DNA of 64,000 nucleotides from Escherichia phage JN02: sequence record MT782071.1; one strand, 5' to 3'. Shown piece by piece: positions 53,759 to 64,000 of this stretch (position 1 is its first letter; each line of letters starts with the position of its first letter). The notes under the pieces were generated by a model. It saw only the letters and a program-made list of their open reading frames with translations, ran no database searches and was not told where the DNA came from. The position numbers and the translations under genes were made by a program.

Positions 53759-56700
53759 CAGTAAAAGCGCCAGCAGTCACAAGTCTCAGAATATCCAAGT
53801 TGTCCGCTAACCAAGTTCAAATACGCTGGGATGACGTTGGTGCTAATTTCTACTATTTCGTAGAAATCGCTGAGACTAAAACGGCAGACGGGGAAATAAT
53901 TCCCCCTGCCAGCTACAGATGGATAAATTTAGGATATACTCCTAATAGCAACTGGTTCGAAAATAGCTTAGACCCATTAACTTCTTATATTATTCGTGTA
54001 TCAACTGCCGCCGAAGGCTTCGAGAGATCTGATTGGGTATATACCGAAATATTTGAATCATTTCAGACTAACGCGTATACATTTCAACATATGATTGAAA
54101 TGCAATTGGCTAACACTTTTATTAGAGAAAAATTTACAAATAACAACATGGCTTATGTCGATTTTAATAATGACACTATAATGGCTGCTCTAATGAATGA
54201 ATCGTTCCAATTTAGCCCTGCTTACGCGGATATTTCATCTATTAAAAATTTCATTATTGGCGAAAATGAGTATCATGAAATTCAAGGTTCGATTCAACAG
54301 GTGTGTCATGATATAAACCGTGTTTATTTGATGGAATCTGAAGGAATTCTTTATTTGTTTGAACGGTATCAGCCTGTGGTTAAAGTCTCTAATGATAAGG
54401 GACAAACCTGGAAATCGGTTAAATTGTTTAATGACCGTGTAGGGTACCCTGTATCAAGAACAGTGTATTACCAGACAGATTACACCACGTATGTTCTTGG
54501 GTATGATAAATTATTTTACGGCCGTAAATCAACAGACGTTCGTTGGTCTGCTGATGATGTGAGATTTAGTTCTCAAGATATAACATTTGCTAAAATTGGC
54601 GACCAGTTAAATTTAGGATTTGATGTAGAAATATTTGGTAACTACGCATCATTACCTGCTAACGTATCACGTATTGCAGAAGCTATCGTTTGCAATGACG
54701 ATTATGTATACGTTGCTGCTCGAGATAAAGTTCGTTTTATTAAAACTAGTAATGCCCCTATTGATTCAGACCCGTTATCTCCGACGTATTCCGAACGTTT
54801 GTTTGAACAAGAAACATTTAACATCACAGGTAACCCTAAGGCAGTTTGCTATAAAATGGATTCTGTCGGTGGTAAAATATTTGCACTGATTATCGGTGAA
54901 GTTGTTAATCTTAATGACGACCCGAGGACCACTCCTATTGTTGATTCTGCTGATAAGGGTATTTACGTTCTAGACCATGATGCTGGCACATTTAAACGTG
55001 TGTTTGGTAATACTGAAGAAGAACGCCGTCGTATTGAACCTGGGTACACCAGTATGTCTACTGATGGTGTTGAGTTATCTATTTCATCTAGTAATTTTAA
55101 ATTTTTAGAATCAGACATTGTTGATGACCCAAAAACACAAGTCAAGTACGGTTTAATCGGTGCTGTTAAATACGAGTATCCTCGCGAATGGTTGGCCGAT
55201 AAACATTATCATATGATGTCATTTATTTCAACTGAAGACTCTCAATGGGAATCGTTCACTCCTCAACCGATGGAATACTATGCTGAGCCATTCTTTAGTT
55301 ATTCTAGAAAGTCTGGTACTCGATGCTGGATTAATAACTCAGACAAGGCCGTTGTAATTTATTCTGATTTACTTTACACTAAGGTTATTGAGAATCATCC
55401 ACTTAGTTCTTCAGACCGTGAAGTTCATGAATATTGGAAGGACGGTGACTGTACAATAGTGATGCCTAACGTGGATTTCACCGGATTTAAAAAATATGCA
55501 TCTGGCATGATTTTCTATAAAGCATCAGGTGAGATTATTTCTTATTATGATTTTAGTTACCGTGTTAGAGATAATGTTTCTATAATTTGGAAGCCTACTA
55601 ATATATTCTTAACAGCATCGTTACAAAACCAAGAAAAAGATACCACATGGACTCCTGTGGAAGAGAATGGTATTGCGGACCCAGATTTACGTCCATTGCT
55701 CACTACAATGATGCCAGAGTCTTATCTTTTAGATAATACAAACTTCGAAGCATTCTGTGAGGCTTATATCCAGTATCTTTCTGACGGCTATGGGACCCAT
55801 TATAACAACCTTTTAAATCTTATTAAAAATCAATATCCGCGCGAAGAACATGCGTGGGAATATTTATGGTCTGAGATTTATAAACGAAACATTTACTTAA
55901 ACGCAGAAAAACGCGATTTAGTGTCTCGTTTCTTTGAATCAAGAAGTTATGACTTCTATTCGACTAAAGGAACTGAAGCATCATATAAATTCTTGTTTAA
56001 AGTGCTTTATAACGAAGATGTTGAAATTGAAATTGAATCTAGTTCCGGGACCGAATATGATATCGTCATTGAATCTGATTCGTTGACAGAAGATTTGGTC
56101 GGACAAACCATATACACCGCTACAGGACGTTGTAATGTGACGTATATCGAGAGAAGTTACTCTAAAGGTAAATTACAATGGACTGTAACAATTCACAACC
56201 TCTTAGGTCGTTTAATCCAAGGACAGGAAGTTAAAGCTGAAAGACTCCCTGGTTTTGAAGGTGAAATTGTTCGTGGTATTAAAGGTAAAGAGCTTTCTCA
56301 GAACAACATCGATTACATAAATCGTGGTAGAGCATACTACGTAATGAAGATTAAATCTAAACTTCCATCATCTCGTTGGAAATCAGACGTATTACGTTTT
56401 GTTCATCCGGTTGGATTTGGATTTATCGCAATTACCCTTCTCACAATGTTTATTAACACCGGATTAACACTTAAACATGTTGAAACCATTATTAATAAAT
56501 ACAAAAACTATAAGTGGGATTCTGGATTACCAACTAAATATGCAGACCGAGTGGCTAAATTAGACCCACAAGGAAATGTTGAGTTTGACCCTATTACAGG
56601 TAAAGCGATATATGAAATAGGCCCTATGGCTGGTCAAGATTATCCATTGCCTGAAGATTATAACGCTGAAAACAATAACTCCATATTTCAAGGTCAACTT

Positions 56701-56853
56701 CCATCGGAACGACGTAAACTGATGAGCCCATTATTTGATGCGTCCGGAACAACATTCTCTAGATTTAGAGATTTGGTTGAACAACGGTTAATCGATAATG
56801 TAGGAAATCCAAGAGACCCCGTGAATCCACCACAGGTTAAATTAGATGAATGA
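53755..56853 (+). CDS. 7: Baseplate wedge protein gp7
   Basis: 1032 aa, same length as T4 gp7; 4-nt overlap with gene 6. Confidence 0.92.
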   Translation: MTVKAPAVTSLRISKLSANQVQIRWDDVGANFYYFVEIAETKTADGEIIPPASYRWINLGYTPNSNWFENSLDPLTSYIIRVSTAAEGFERSDWVYTEIFESFQTNAYTFQHMIEMQLANTFIREKFTNNNMAYVDFNNDTIMAALMNESFQFSPAYADISSIKNFIIGENEYHEIQGSIQQVCHDINRVYLMESEGILYLFERYQPVVKVSNDKGQTWKSVKLFNDRVGYPVSRTVYYQTDYTTYVLGYDKLFYGRKSTDVRWSADDVRFSSQDITFAKIGDQLNLGFDVEIFGNYASLPANVSRIAEAIVCNDDYVYVAARDKVRFIKTSNAPIDSDPLSPTYSERLFEQETFNITGNPKAVCYKMDSVGGKIFALIIGEVVNLNDDPRTTPIVDSADKGIYVLDHDAGTFKRVFGNTEEERRRIEPGYTSMSTDGVELSISSSNFKFLESDIVDDPKTQVKYGLIGAVKYEYPREWLADKHYHMMSFISTEDSQWESFTPQPMEYYAEPFFSYSRKSGTRCWINNSDKAVVIYSDLLYTKVIENHPLSSSDREVHEYWKDGDCTIVMPNVDFTGFKKYASGMIFYKASGEIISYYDFSYRVRDNVSIIWKPTNIFLTASLQNQEKDTTWTPVEENGIADPDLRPLLTTMMPESYLLDNTNFEAFCEAYIQYLSDGYGTHYNNLLNLIKNQYPREEHAWEYLWSEIYKRNIYLNAEKRDLVSRFFESRSYDFYSTKGTEASYKFLFKVLYNEDVEIEIESSSGTEYDIVIESDSLTEDLVGQTIYTATGRCNVTYIERSYSKGKLQWTVTIHNLLGRLIQGQEVKAERLPGFEGEIVRGIKGKELSQNNIDYINRGRAYYVMKIKSKLPSSRWKSDVLRFVHPVGFGFIAITLLTMFINTGLTLKHVETIINKYKNYKWDSGLPTKYADRVAKLDPQGNVEFDPITGKAIYEIGPMAGQDYPLPEDYNAENNNSIFQGQLPSERRKLMSPLFDASGTTFSRFRDLVEQRLIDNVGNPRDPVNPPQVKLDE

Positions 56854-57850
56854 TTCAAGTGTTATCTATCGTGCAATAGTTACATCAAAATTTAGAACAG
56901 AGAAAATGCTGAATTTTTATAATTCAGTTGGGGATGGAGATGATAAGAACTCCATTTATATTACGTTTGGACGTTCAGAGCCTTGGGCGTCAAATGAAAA
57001 TGAGGTGGGCTTCGCCCCACCTTATCCTACAGATTCTGTTCTTGGTGTTACTGATATGTGGACCCATATGATGGGTACAGTTAAAGTTTTACCTTCAATG
57101 TTAGATTCTGTTATTCCTAGACGTGATTGGGGAGATGTGCGATATCCAGACCCTTACACGTTTAGAATTAACGATATAGTCGCATGTAATACTGCTCCTT
57201 ACAACGCGACAGAAGTTGGGGCTGGTTGGTTAATTTACCGTTGTTTAGATGTCCCTGACGTAGGGCTCTGTTCAATAGAATCTTTAGATAATAAAGATGA
57301 ATGTCTTAAATTAGGTGGTAAATGGACTCCGTCTGTTCGTTCTATGTCTCCTCCTGAAGGCAGAGGCGATGCTAATGGGGTTATCGAAACCGGTGATGGA
57401 TATATTTGGGAATATCTTTATGAGATTCCTGCCGATGTGTCAATTAACCGTTGCACTAATGAATATCTTGTAGTTCCATGGCCGGAAGAAATTAAAGAAG
57501 ACCCCACCCGTTGGGGATATGAAAATAACTTAACTTGGCAACAAGACGACTACGGCTTGATTTACCGTGTTAAAGCCAATACGATGCGGTTTAAAGCATA
57601 TTTTGATTCTGTTTATTTCCCTGAGGCAGCTTTGCCTGGTAACAAGGGTTTTAGACAGATATCAATTATCGCAAACCCGTTAGAAGCTAAGAAAAATCCA
57701 AATGACCCTAATGTTAAAGCAGAAAAGGATTATTACGACCCTAGAGACCTGCAGCGTCATTCCGGTGAAATGATTTATATGGAAAACCGACCACCTGTTA
57801 TTATGGCAATGGACCAAACAGAAGAAATTAACATTTTGTTTATGTTTTAA
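56846..57850 (+). CDS. 8: Baseplate wedge protein gp8
   Basis: 334 aa, same length as T4 gp8. Confidence 0.92.
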   Translation: MNDSSVIYRAIVTSKFRTEKMLNFYNSVGDGDDKNSIYITFGRSEPWASNENEVGFAPPYPTDSVLGVTDMWTHMMGTVKVLPSMLDSVIPRRDWGDVRYPDPYTFRINDIVACNTAPYNATEVGAGWLIYRCLDVPDVGLCSIESLDNKDECLKLGGKWTPSVRSMSPPEGRGDANGVIETGDGYIWEYLYEIPADVSINRCTNEYLVVPWPEEIKEDPTRWGYENNLTWQQDDYGLIYRVKANTMRFKAYFDSVYFPEAALPGNKGFRQISIIANPLEAKKNPNDPNVKAEKDYYDPRDLQRHSGEMIYMENRPPVIMAMDQTEEINILFMF

Positions 57851-57853
57851 TTA

Positions 57854-57878
57854 GGGAGCCTTCGGGCTCCCATTTTTG
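57854..57878 (+). terminator. Rho-independent terminator after gene 8
   Basis: GGGAGCC-ttcg-GGCTCCC hairpin followed by ATTTTT. Confidence 0.7.
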
Positions 57879-57882
57879 TATC

Positions 57883-57890
57883 TATAAATA
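57883..57890 (+). promoter_or_regulatory. Late promoter (TATAAATA) for gene 9
   Basis: Exact TATAAATA about 33 nt upstream of the gene 9 ATG. Confidence 0.75.
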
Positions 57891-57922
57891 GAATATAATA
57901 TAGGACAACAAAAGGCAGAATT

Positions 57923-58795
57923 ATGGCATTTTTTAAGCAAACTCCTAAACAATTAATCGATACCGGCGAAATTGGTAATGCCTCAACAGGTGATATCTTA
58001 TTCGACGGTGGTAATAAAATAAATGACGATATCAACGCTATTTACAACGCATTTGGCGATCAACGTAAAATGGCCGTAGCAGATGGAACCGGACCTACAG
58101 GTCAAACTATTCATGCCACAGGTTATTATCAAAAAGGAAAGGCGGTCGATTATCAAACTCCTATTAAACCCGGCACCATGCATGATATTGATGCCTCTGA
58201 TGGCGGTGTGATTGTTATTATTGACCGTCCTGAATTAGGTGACTCTGTAGAATTCATAAACTCTAATGGGTCTATTTCTGTTAACAATCCTTTAAGTATC
58301 CAAGTAACTGATGGTTCAATTAAAGGTGTTCTTAATAATCTTGTTATTTCCACCCCTTATACCCATGTTGTTCTTCGTTGTATTGAACTTAATGGGCCAA
58401 CTTCAGTATGGAATTATTCTACTGATAGCATGTTTGGGCAGAAAGAATCTCCTGTCGATGGGACTTGGAGCCTTACAGGAAACACCGTTTCTATTCCTCT
58501 GTTTTATCGCACAGATTATAACATGGCTAAATTGCTTGTTACATGCCAATCCGCTGACGGTAGAAAAATAAAAACATGCGAAATAAATATTCTAATAGAT
58601 ACAATTAACTCAGAAGTTCTTTCTACCGAATTTGCAGTAATGCGAGTTGGTAATGTAGATGAAACCGACGAGATTGCTAATATTAGCTTTAGTATTATTA
58701 ACAACTTTGCTACTATGACGATTACATCCGATATTATTGGATTACGTTCAGCAGTTAAAATTATCTCAACTCAGAAAATTGGGGTCGCTCAATAA
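57923..58795 (+). CDS. 9: Baseplate wedge / long-tail-fibre socket protein gp9
   Basis: 290 aa (T4 gp9 288 aa); MAFFKQTPKQLIDTGEIGNASTGDILFDGG... Confidence 0.9.
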   Translation: MAFFKQTPKQLIDTGEIGNASTGDILFDGGNKINDDINAIYNAFGDQRKMAVADGTGPTGQTIHATGYYQKGKAVDYQTPIKPGTMHDIDASDGGVIVIIDRPELGDSVEFINSNGSISVNNPLSIQVTDGSIKGVLNNLVISTPYTHVVLRCIELNGPTSVWNYSTDSMFGQKESPVDGTWSLTGNTVSIPLFYRTDYNMAKLLVTCQSADGRKIKTCEINILIDTINSEVLSTEFAVMRVGNVDETDEIANISFSIINNFATMTITSDIIGLRSAVKIISTQKIGVAQ

Positions 58796-60600
58796 TGAAA
58801 CAAAATATTAAAATTGGTAACGTCGTTGATGACGGACAAGGCGATTACCTTCGTCGAGGTGGTGAAAAAATAAATGAGAACTTCGACGAAATCTATTATG
58901 AATTAGGTGATGGTGAAGTTCCTTACGCCGCTGGCGCATGGAAGACTTATGATGCGGCTGATGGTCTTAATCTTAAGGCCGCTTGGGGTAAATCTTATGC
59001 AATTAATACTACTTCTGGACGAGTTTCAGTAAATCTTCCTAAAGGGACAATTGCAGACTATAATAAAGTTATTCGTGCTCGTGACGTATTTGCAACTTGG
59101 AACATTAACCCCGTTACTTTAATTCCGGCAAACGGAGACACGATTAAAGGTTCTTCATCTCCGGTAGAAATTAACGTTCAGTTCTCTGATTTAGAATTAG
59201 TTTATTGTGCTCCTGGACGTTGGGAATACATCAAGAACAAACAAATTGATAAAATAGTTAGCTCTGACATTAGTAATGTTGCTCGTAGAGAATATCTGGT
59301 TGAAACCCAAGGTCAGACCGATTTCATGGATGTTTTTAACGGGACCTCTTATAACGTTAACAACATTCGCGTAAAACATCGCGGTAACGAATTGTATTAT
59401 GGTGATGTATTCAGTGATAATAGTGATTTTGGTTCTCCGGGCGCTAATCCTGGTGAACTGGTTGCACTTGATGGATTTAATATTAGATTACGCCAACCAT
59501 GTAATGTTGGCGACACCGTACAAATTGAGACGTTCCTAGATGGTGTTTCTCAGTGGCGTAGTTCATATACTCGTCGCCAAGTTCGCATTTTAGATAGTAA
59601 ATTGACTGCTAAAAAGTCTATTGATGGAAGTATTTACGTCACTGATTTGAGTACGTTCCGGTCTATTCCATTTACAGCATTTGGTGTTAATCCTACGGAA
59701 CCACCTAACCCTAATTCGTTAGAAGTTCGCTTCAATGGTATTCTCCAAGAATTAGCTGGTACTGTTGGAACTCCTATTTTCCGTTGTGAAGGTGTGGATG
59801 CTGATTCTGAAGAGTCATGCGCTAATCTCGGTGGGACATGGACTCAATCGTATACAGATTATGCGATTGAATATACCGATAATATCCCTAGCGCAATTCT
59901 GTTTGACCGTCAATTTGAAGACCAAGACATTATTACCATCACATGGTTTAATAACGATTTAGGAACTCTTCTTGAAATGGAAGAAATCCTTGATGTCGCT
60001 GATGAGAAATATGTTTCTCAAGGGTCTAACATTGAAATTACTGGTGACGTTGCATTAACCGATTTCGATAAAATTGGATGGCCTAATGTAGAACCTGTTC
60101 CTAAATATGAACGTGAATTCTCAACTATCTCAGCAATATTTGATTCAATTTATCCTGTCGGGACTATTTACGAAAATGCGGTTAACCCTAATAATCCGGC
60201 AACTTATTTAGGTTTTGGTTCGTGGAAAATTTGGGGACAAGGCAAAGTATTAGCAGGTTGGAATGATGACGCGTCAGATCCTAATTTTGCATTAAATAAT
60301 AATGACCTTGACGTCAATGGTAACCCTACTCATACCGCAGGTGGGACCGTTGGTGTAACAACCATCACATTAGAAAATGCTGATTTACCAGCTACACAAA
60401 CCGATGAAAAGGTTCTTATTTCTGATGATAATGGTACAGTAATTATAGGCGGTTGTCAATATGACCCAGATGAAGAAGGACCTATTTACACTAAATATCG
60501 TGAAGACCATGCAAAGACTAATGGATCTCATGTTCCAGCGCGTTCTATAACTAATATTCAGCCATCTATAACTGTATACCGTTGGGTAAGGATTGCATAA
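58795..60600 (+). CDS. 10: Baseplate wedge protein gp10
   Basis: 601 aa (T4 gp10 602 aa); ATGA overlap with gene 9. Confidence 0.92.
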   Translation: MKQNIKIGNVVDDGQGDYLRRGGEKINENFDEIYYELGDGEVPYAAGAWKTYDAADGLNLKAAWGKSYAINTTSGRVSVNLPKGTIADYNKVIRARDVFATWNINPVTLIPANGDTIKGSSSPVEINVQFSDLELVYCAPGRWEYIKNKQIDKIVSSDISNVARREYLVETQGQTDFMDVFNGTSYNVNNIRVKHRGNELYYGDVFSDNSDFGSPGANPGELVALDGFNIRLRQPCNVGDTVQIETFLDGVSQWRSSYTRRQVRILDSKLTAKKSIDGSIYVTDLSTFRSIPFTAFGVNPTEPPNPNSLEVRFNGILQELAGTVGTPIFRCEGVDADSEESCANLGGTWTQSYTDYAIEYTDNIPSAILFDRQFEDQDIITITWFNNDLGTLLEMEEILDVADEKYVSQGSNIEITGDVALTDFDKIGWPNVEPVPKYEREFSTISAIFDSIYPVGTIYENAVNPNNPATYLGFGSWKIWGQGKVLAGWNDDASDPNFALNNNDLDVNGNPTHTAGGTVGVTTITLENADLPATQTDEKVLISDDNGTVIIGGCQYDPDEEGPIYTKYREDHAKTNGSHVPARSITNIQPSITVYRWVRIA

Positions 60601-61259
60601 TGACTGTACTTAATACAAAGGCGGGAGTTATTTCCCGTCATGCTGATTTTTTGAATTACAGAAAAAATCCAGCTCAAATTGATGTTTTAAACAACCAAGC
60701 TGTAGGTTCCGTGACTATTTCTCAGTTAGCTCGTGGTTTTTATGATGCTAACGTAGAATCTGCAATAAATGATGTCCATAATATGGCACGAGCTGATATT
60801 GGTACTGTTGTCACAAACACTTCAGGTGTATCGCCTGAAGGTGCAGCACAAGTTGATTATTGGACTTTTTCTGGTGATGTTCTCGACGATACTTTGGCCC
60901 CTGGAACGCCGGTCGTTATTAACGTATTTGGACTTGCTGTTAAAGCAACAATCGGTATGACTGATAACGAATTAACGGCACAAGTTCGTATAGCTTTACA
61001 AGAAGCCATTGCTAATCAAATCGCTATTTCTTCTTATAAAGACCATCCATCCGAAGGTAATAAACTTCAGGTGACATATTTAGATAACCAACGTCATGTG
61101 TTGCCAACATATGCTTCGTTTGGTGTAACAATTTCGCAAGAAATTTTGTCTGAAGCAAAATCCGGATACGGAACATGGAATTTATTAGGTGCCCAAACGG
61201 TTACTCTTGATAACCATGATACTCCTACCGTTTTCTACCACTTTGTGAGAGCCTCATGA
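60600..61259 (+). CDS. 11: Baseplate wedge protein gp11
   Basis: Track ORF 60582..61259; start at [13 protein letters not shown] (TAATG overlap with gene 10 stop) gives 219 aa as in T4 gp11. Confidence 0.9.
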   Translation: MTVLNTKAGVISRHADFLNYRKNPAQIDVLNNQAVGSVTISQLARGFYDANVESAINDVHNMARADIGTVVTNTSGVSPEGAAQVDYWTFSGDVLDDTLAPGTPVVINVFGLAVKATIGMTDNELTAQVRIALQEAIANQIAISSYKDHPSEGNKLQVTYLDNQRHVLPTYASFGVTISQEILSEAKSGYGTWNLLGAQTVTLDNHDTPTVFYHFVRAS

Positions 61260-62839
61260 GTAATAACAATACATACCAACACGTTTCAAACGAATCAATT
61301 TACGTTGAATTCGACCCTACGGGGTCGAATTTTCCAGATACGATCACTAATGTCCAAGCCGCATTAGCTGCTATTTCTCCTTCGGGTGTTAACGGCGTCC
61401 CGGAAGCAACAACTACTACACCAGGAATTATTCAAATAGCTACTCCACAAGAAGTTATTGATGGATTAGATAATAGTAAAGCTGTTACTCCGGCATCACT
61501 GAATGCTCGTCTACAATATCCTAATGCAACCGAAACTCAATATGGCTTAACTCGTTATGCTACTGAAGACGAAGCAGTAACCGGAGCTATTGACGATGCA
61601 TCAATTACTCCGCTTAAATTGAATCAAAAAATAGACAATGTATTTCAGACAAAAGTGTCAACAGAAGCAACAAATGGTGTAATTAAAATTTCAACTTCTG
61701 CCGCGGCATTAGCCGGTTCTGACGATACGACGGCAATGACTCCGTTAAAAACGCAACAATTAGCAATTAAACTTATTTCGCAAATTGCTCCAAATAATAG
61801 TGACGCCACCGAATCTATTACAGGTGTTGTTCGTTTGGCTACAGTTGCTCAAGCACAACAAGGCACCCTGCGTGAAGGCTATGCAATTTCACCTTATACC
61901 TTTATGAATTCAGTAGCATCAGAAACTAATAAAGGTGTCGTTAAACTAGGGACACAGACTGAAGTAAATAGTAACAACTCTTCAGTTGTAGTGACAGGCG
62001 CAACATTAAACGGACGTGGGGCTACAACTTCTTTACGTGGAGTTGTTCGTTTAACTACACAAGCTGGTAGCCAATCAGGTGGCGATGGTTCTTCTGCCCT
62101 TGCTTGGAATGCTGATGTTATCCACCAACGAGGCGGACAAACTATTAATGGCACGCTTCGCATTAATAATACGTTGACGGTCGGTTCTGGTGGCGCTAAT
62201 ATAACTGGTAATGTCAATATGTCCGGTGGTTATATTCAAGGCAATCGTATTGTGACTCAAAATGAATTAGACCGAATTCTTCCAGTTGGCGCTATTACAA
62301 TGTGGGCTGCAGATAGTTTACCGAGTTCTGACTGGCGCTTCTGTCACGGTGGGACCGTTTCTGCTTCAGAATGTCCAGTATATGCTTCCAGAATTGGGAC
62401 ACGATATGGTGGTAGTTCTTCTAACCCAGGCTTGCCTGATATGCGTGGATTATTTGTTCGCGGCTCAGGACGTGGTAACCATTTAACTAACCCTAATGTT
62501 AATGGTAATGACCAATTCGGTAAGCCTCGTCTGGCGGTAGGTTGTACCGGTGGATATGTTGGTGAGGTGCAAAAACAACAGATGTCATATCATAAGCATG
62601 CTGGCGGTTTTGGTGAACATGACGATGCAGGAGCATTCGGTAATACTCGTCGTTCAAACTTTGTTGGTACTCGTAAAGGACTTGACTGGGATAACCGTTC
62701 GTATTTTACTAACGATGGATATGAAATTGATCCAGCGTCTCAGCGTAACTCTAAATATACCCTGAATCGTCCAGAATTAATTGGAAATGAAACTCGCCCA
62801 TGGAATATTTCTTTAAACTATATCATTAAGGTAAAATAA
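61256..62839 (+). CDS. 12: Short tail fibre protein gp12
   Basis: 527 aa, same as T4 gp12; repetitive beta-structure middle; C-terminal receptor-binding domain with conserved His/Cys. Confidence 0.92.
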   Translation: MSNNNTYQHVSNESIYVEFDPTGSNFPDTITNVQAALAAISPSGVNGVPEATTTTPGIIQIATPQEVIDGLDNSKAVTPASLNARLQYPNATETQYGLTRYATEDEAVTGAIDDASITPLKLNQKIDNVFQTKVSTEATNGVIKISTSAAALAGSDDTTAMTPLKTQQLAIKLISQIAPNNSDATESITGVVRLATVAQAQQGTLREGYAISPYTFMNSVASETNKGVVKLGTQTEVNSNNSSVVVTGATLNGRGATTSLRGVVRLTTQAGSQSGGDGSSALAWNADVIHQRGGQTINGTLRINNTLTVGSGGANITGNVNMSGGYIQGNRIVTQNELDRILPVGAITMWAADSLPSSDWRFCHGGTVSASECPVYASRIGTRYGGSSSNPGLPDMRGLFVRGSGRGNHLTNPNVNGNDQFGKPRLAVGCTGGYVGEVQKQQMSYHKHAGGFGEHDDAGAFGNTRRSNFVGTRKGLDWDNRSYFTNDGYEIDPASQRNSKYTLNRPELIGNETRPWNISLNYIIKVK

Positions 62840-64000
62840 TGACTGATATAACTCTGGTAGATTTACCATATGTTGACGGCCCGCCAGACGCGGGTCAGAG
62901 TCGTATTGAATGGATTAAAAACGATGAAGAAATAACAGGTGCTGACACAAAATACGGTTCTGAAGGTGTAATGAACCGTCCTATTGTTGAAGTTCAACGT
63001 AACGTAGAAGCGTTAGATGTTAATATTAAAACTATAGCATCTTCTTTGAATACAGCCAATGAAGATATCAAAGCTATTCAAGGTATTTTAGATGTTTCTG
63101 GGGATGTTGATGCTCTTGCACAGATAGGCCAGAACACCCAAGATATCGATGTCATTAAAGTCACGGTTCAAACCCATGCTAGTGAATTGAATGATTTGAA
63201 TGAACATATTGATGCGAATACTGATGATATTGGTGTTTATAATCAGGAAACAGATTCAGTTTATAGAACGGTTCGTAACGACCTGCTTTGGATTAAAAAT
63301 GAATTAGGACAATATACCGGTCAAGATATTAATGGGGTTCCTACTCCAGGAAATGATAGCACTGGTATGAAACGCCGTATTATGACTAATAGCTCCGTAA
63401 TTGTTGACCACGGTGTTCGATTAACTGATTTAGAAACTAAATTTGCTGATTCTGACGTCGGCTCTTTAACTATTGAAGTCGAACACTTGCGCGAAGAAAT
63501 GGGGCCTCGCACTTCTTTCACTACTCCAGTGTTTAGTCGTCTTTCCGGTATTGATTTAACTTTGTCGCGTCAAAATGCTGACTTGGATGGCATTAAACAG
63601 TCTATTGGGTATCCTAATACGACTTCTATTATTACTACCACTAATGCAAATAGTTCAGCAATAAATGACATTAATCTTGAGCTCAATCAATCAGGCGGTA
63701 TTAAACCTCGTTTGACTACGGTAGAAACTGCCATTGGCGCTGATGATTTGCCTACTACAATCCAAGGACGTATTAAACTCAATACTGATGCTATCGGAGC
63801 ATTGAATACTGTTGTCGGCTCTGATTCTTCGTCAGGATTGCGTTTTAATGTGTCATGGTTAAATAACGTAGTTGGTGTTGACGCTTCAGGTGGTAAACCG
63901 GAACCAGACGGCTCTTTGCTTTATCGTACTCGAGAGCTTGAAGGAACTATCGGTGGGCTGAGTAATGACATTCAGAACATTCAAACTGATGTTGGGACTA
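62839..64000 (+). CDS. wac: Fibritin (whisker) Wac, N-terminal part (partial, runs off window)
   Basis: TAATG overlap with gene 12 stop; [48 protein letters not shown]... matches T4 Wac; open to the window end. Confidence 0.85.
   Translation, partial: MTDITLVDLPYVDGPPDAGQSRIEWIKNDEEITGADTKYGSEGVMNRPIVEVQRNVEALDVNIKTIASSLNTANEDIKAIQGILDVSGDVDALAQIGQNTQDIDVIKVTVQTHASELNDLNEHIDANTDDIGVYNQETDSVYRTVRNDLLWIKNELGQYTGQDINGVPTPGNDSTGMKRRIMTNSSVIVDHGVRLTDLETKFADSDVGSLTIEVEHLREEMGPRTSFTTPVFSRLSGIDLTLSRQNADLDGIKQSIGYPNTTSIITTTNANSSAINDINLELNQSGGIKPRLTTVETAIGADDLPTTIQGRIKLNTDAIGALNTVVGSDSSSGLRFNVSWLNNVVGVDASGGKPEPDGSLLYRTRELEGTIGGLSNDIQNIQTDVGT

Overview
This window is a contiguous ~64 kb piece of a T4-like (T-even type) myophage genome, AT-rich, with T4 gene order conserved. 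The minus strand (1 to ~48.6 kb) carries the early/middle region: the N-terminal part of DNA polymerase gp43, regA, clamp loader 62/44, sliding clamp 45, recombination nuclease 46/47, late sigma factor 55, anaerobic RNR nrdH-nrdG-nrdD (uninterrupted), endonuclease VII (49), nrdC, a first block of accessory genes, rI, tk, a macro-domain protein, regB, a GrcA-like glycyl-radical cofactor, several capsid-targeted internal-protein genes, denV, lysozyme e, nudE, a second accessory block, two tRNAs, 57B (Acb1-like), 57A, dNMP kinase (1), 3, 2 and 4. A divergent pair of late promoters at ~48.6 kb separates these from the plus-strand baseplate module 53, 5, 5.1, 5.4, 6, 7, 8, 9, 10, 11, 12 and the start of wac. 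Many T4-type early promoters (GTTTAC-like -35, TATAAT-like -10), several TATAAATA late promoters and GC-stem tetraloop terminators are visible. I did not recognise a CRISPR array, integrase, reverse transcriptase, homing endonuclease or alpha-glucosyltransferase. I found no single clearly novel multi-gene system; the most unusual content is in the two accessory blocks (16.6-31.5 kb and 34.4-45.1 kb): paralogous small-protein families with conserved C-terminal motifs, two nucleotidyltransferase-fold proteins, an expanded set of injected internal proteins and candidate anti-defence genes. CDS coordinates follow the supplied ORF track, with starts moved to an internal ATG where homology or a Shine-Dalgarno supports it. 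Coordinates of hand-found elements (promoters, terminators, tRNAs, ORFs under 60 aa) are approximate to a few nt, because my own base indexing disagreed with the track by 1 nt in a few places. All homology statements are from memory of T4 proteins and motifs; no database search was run.
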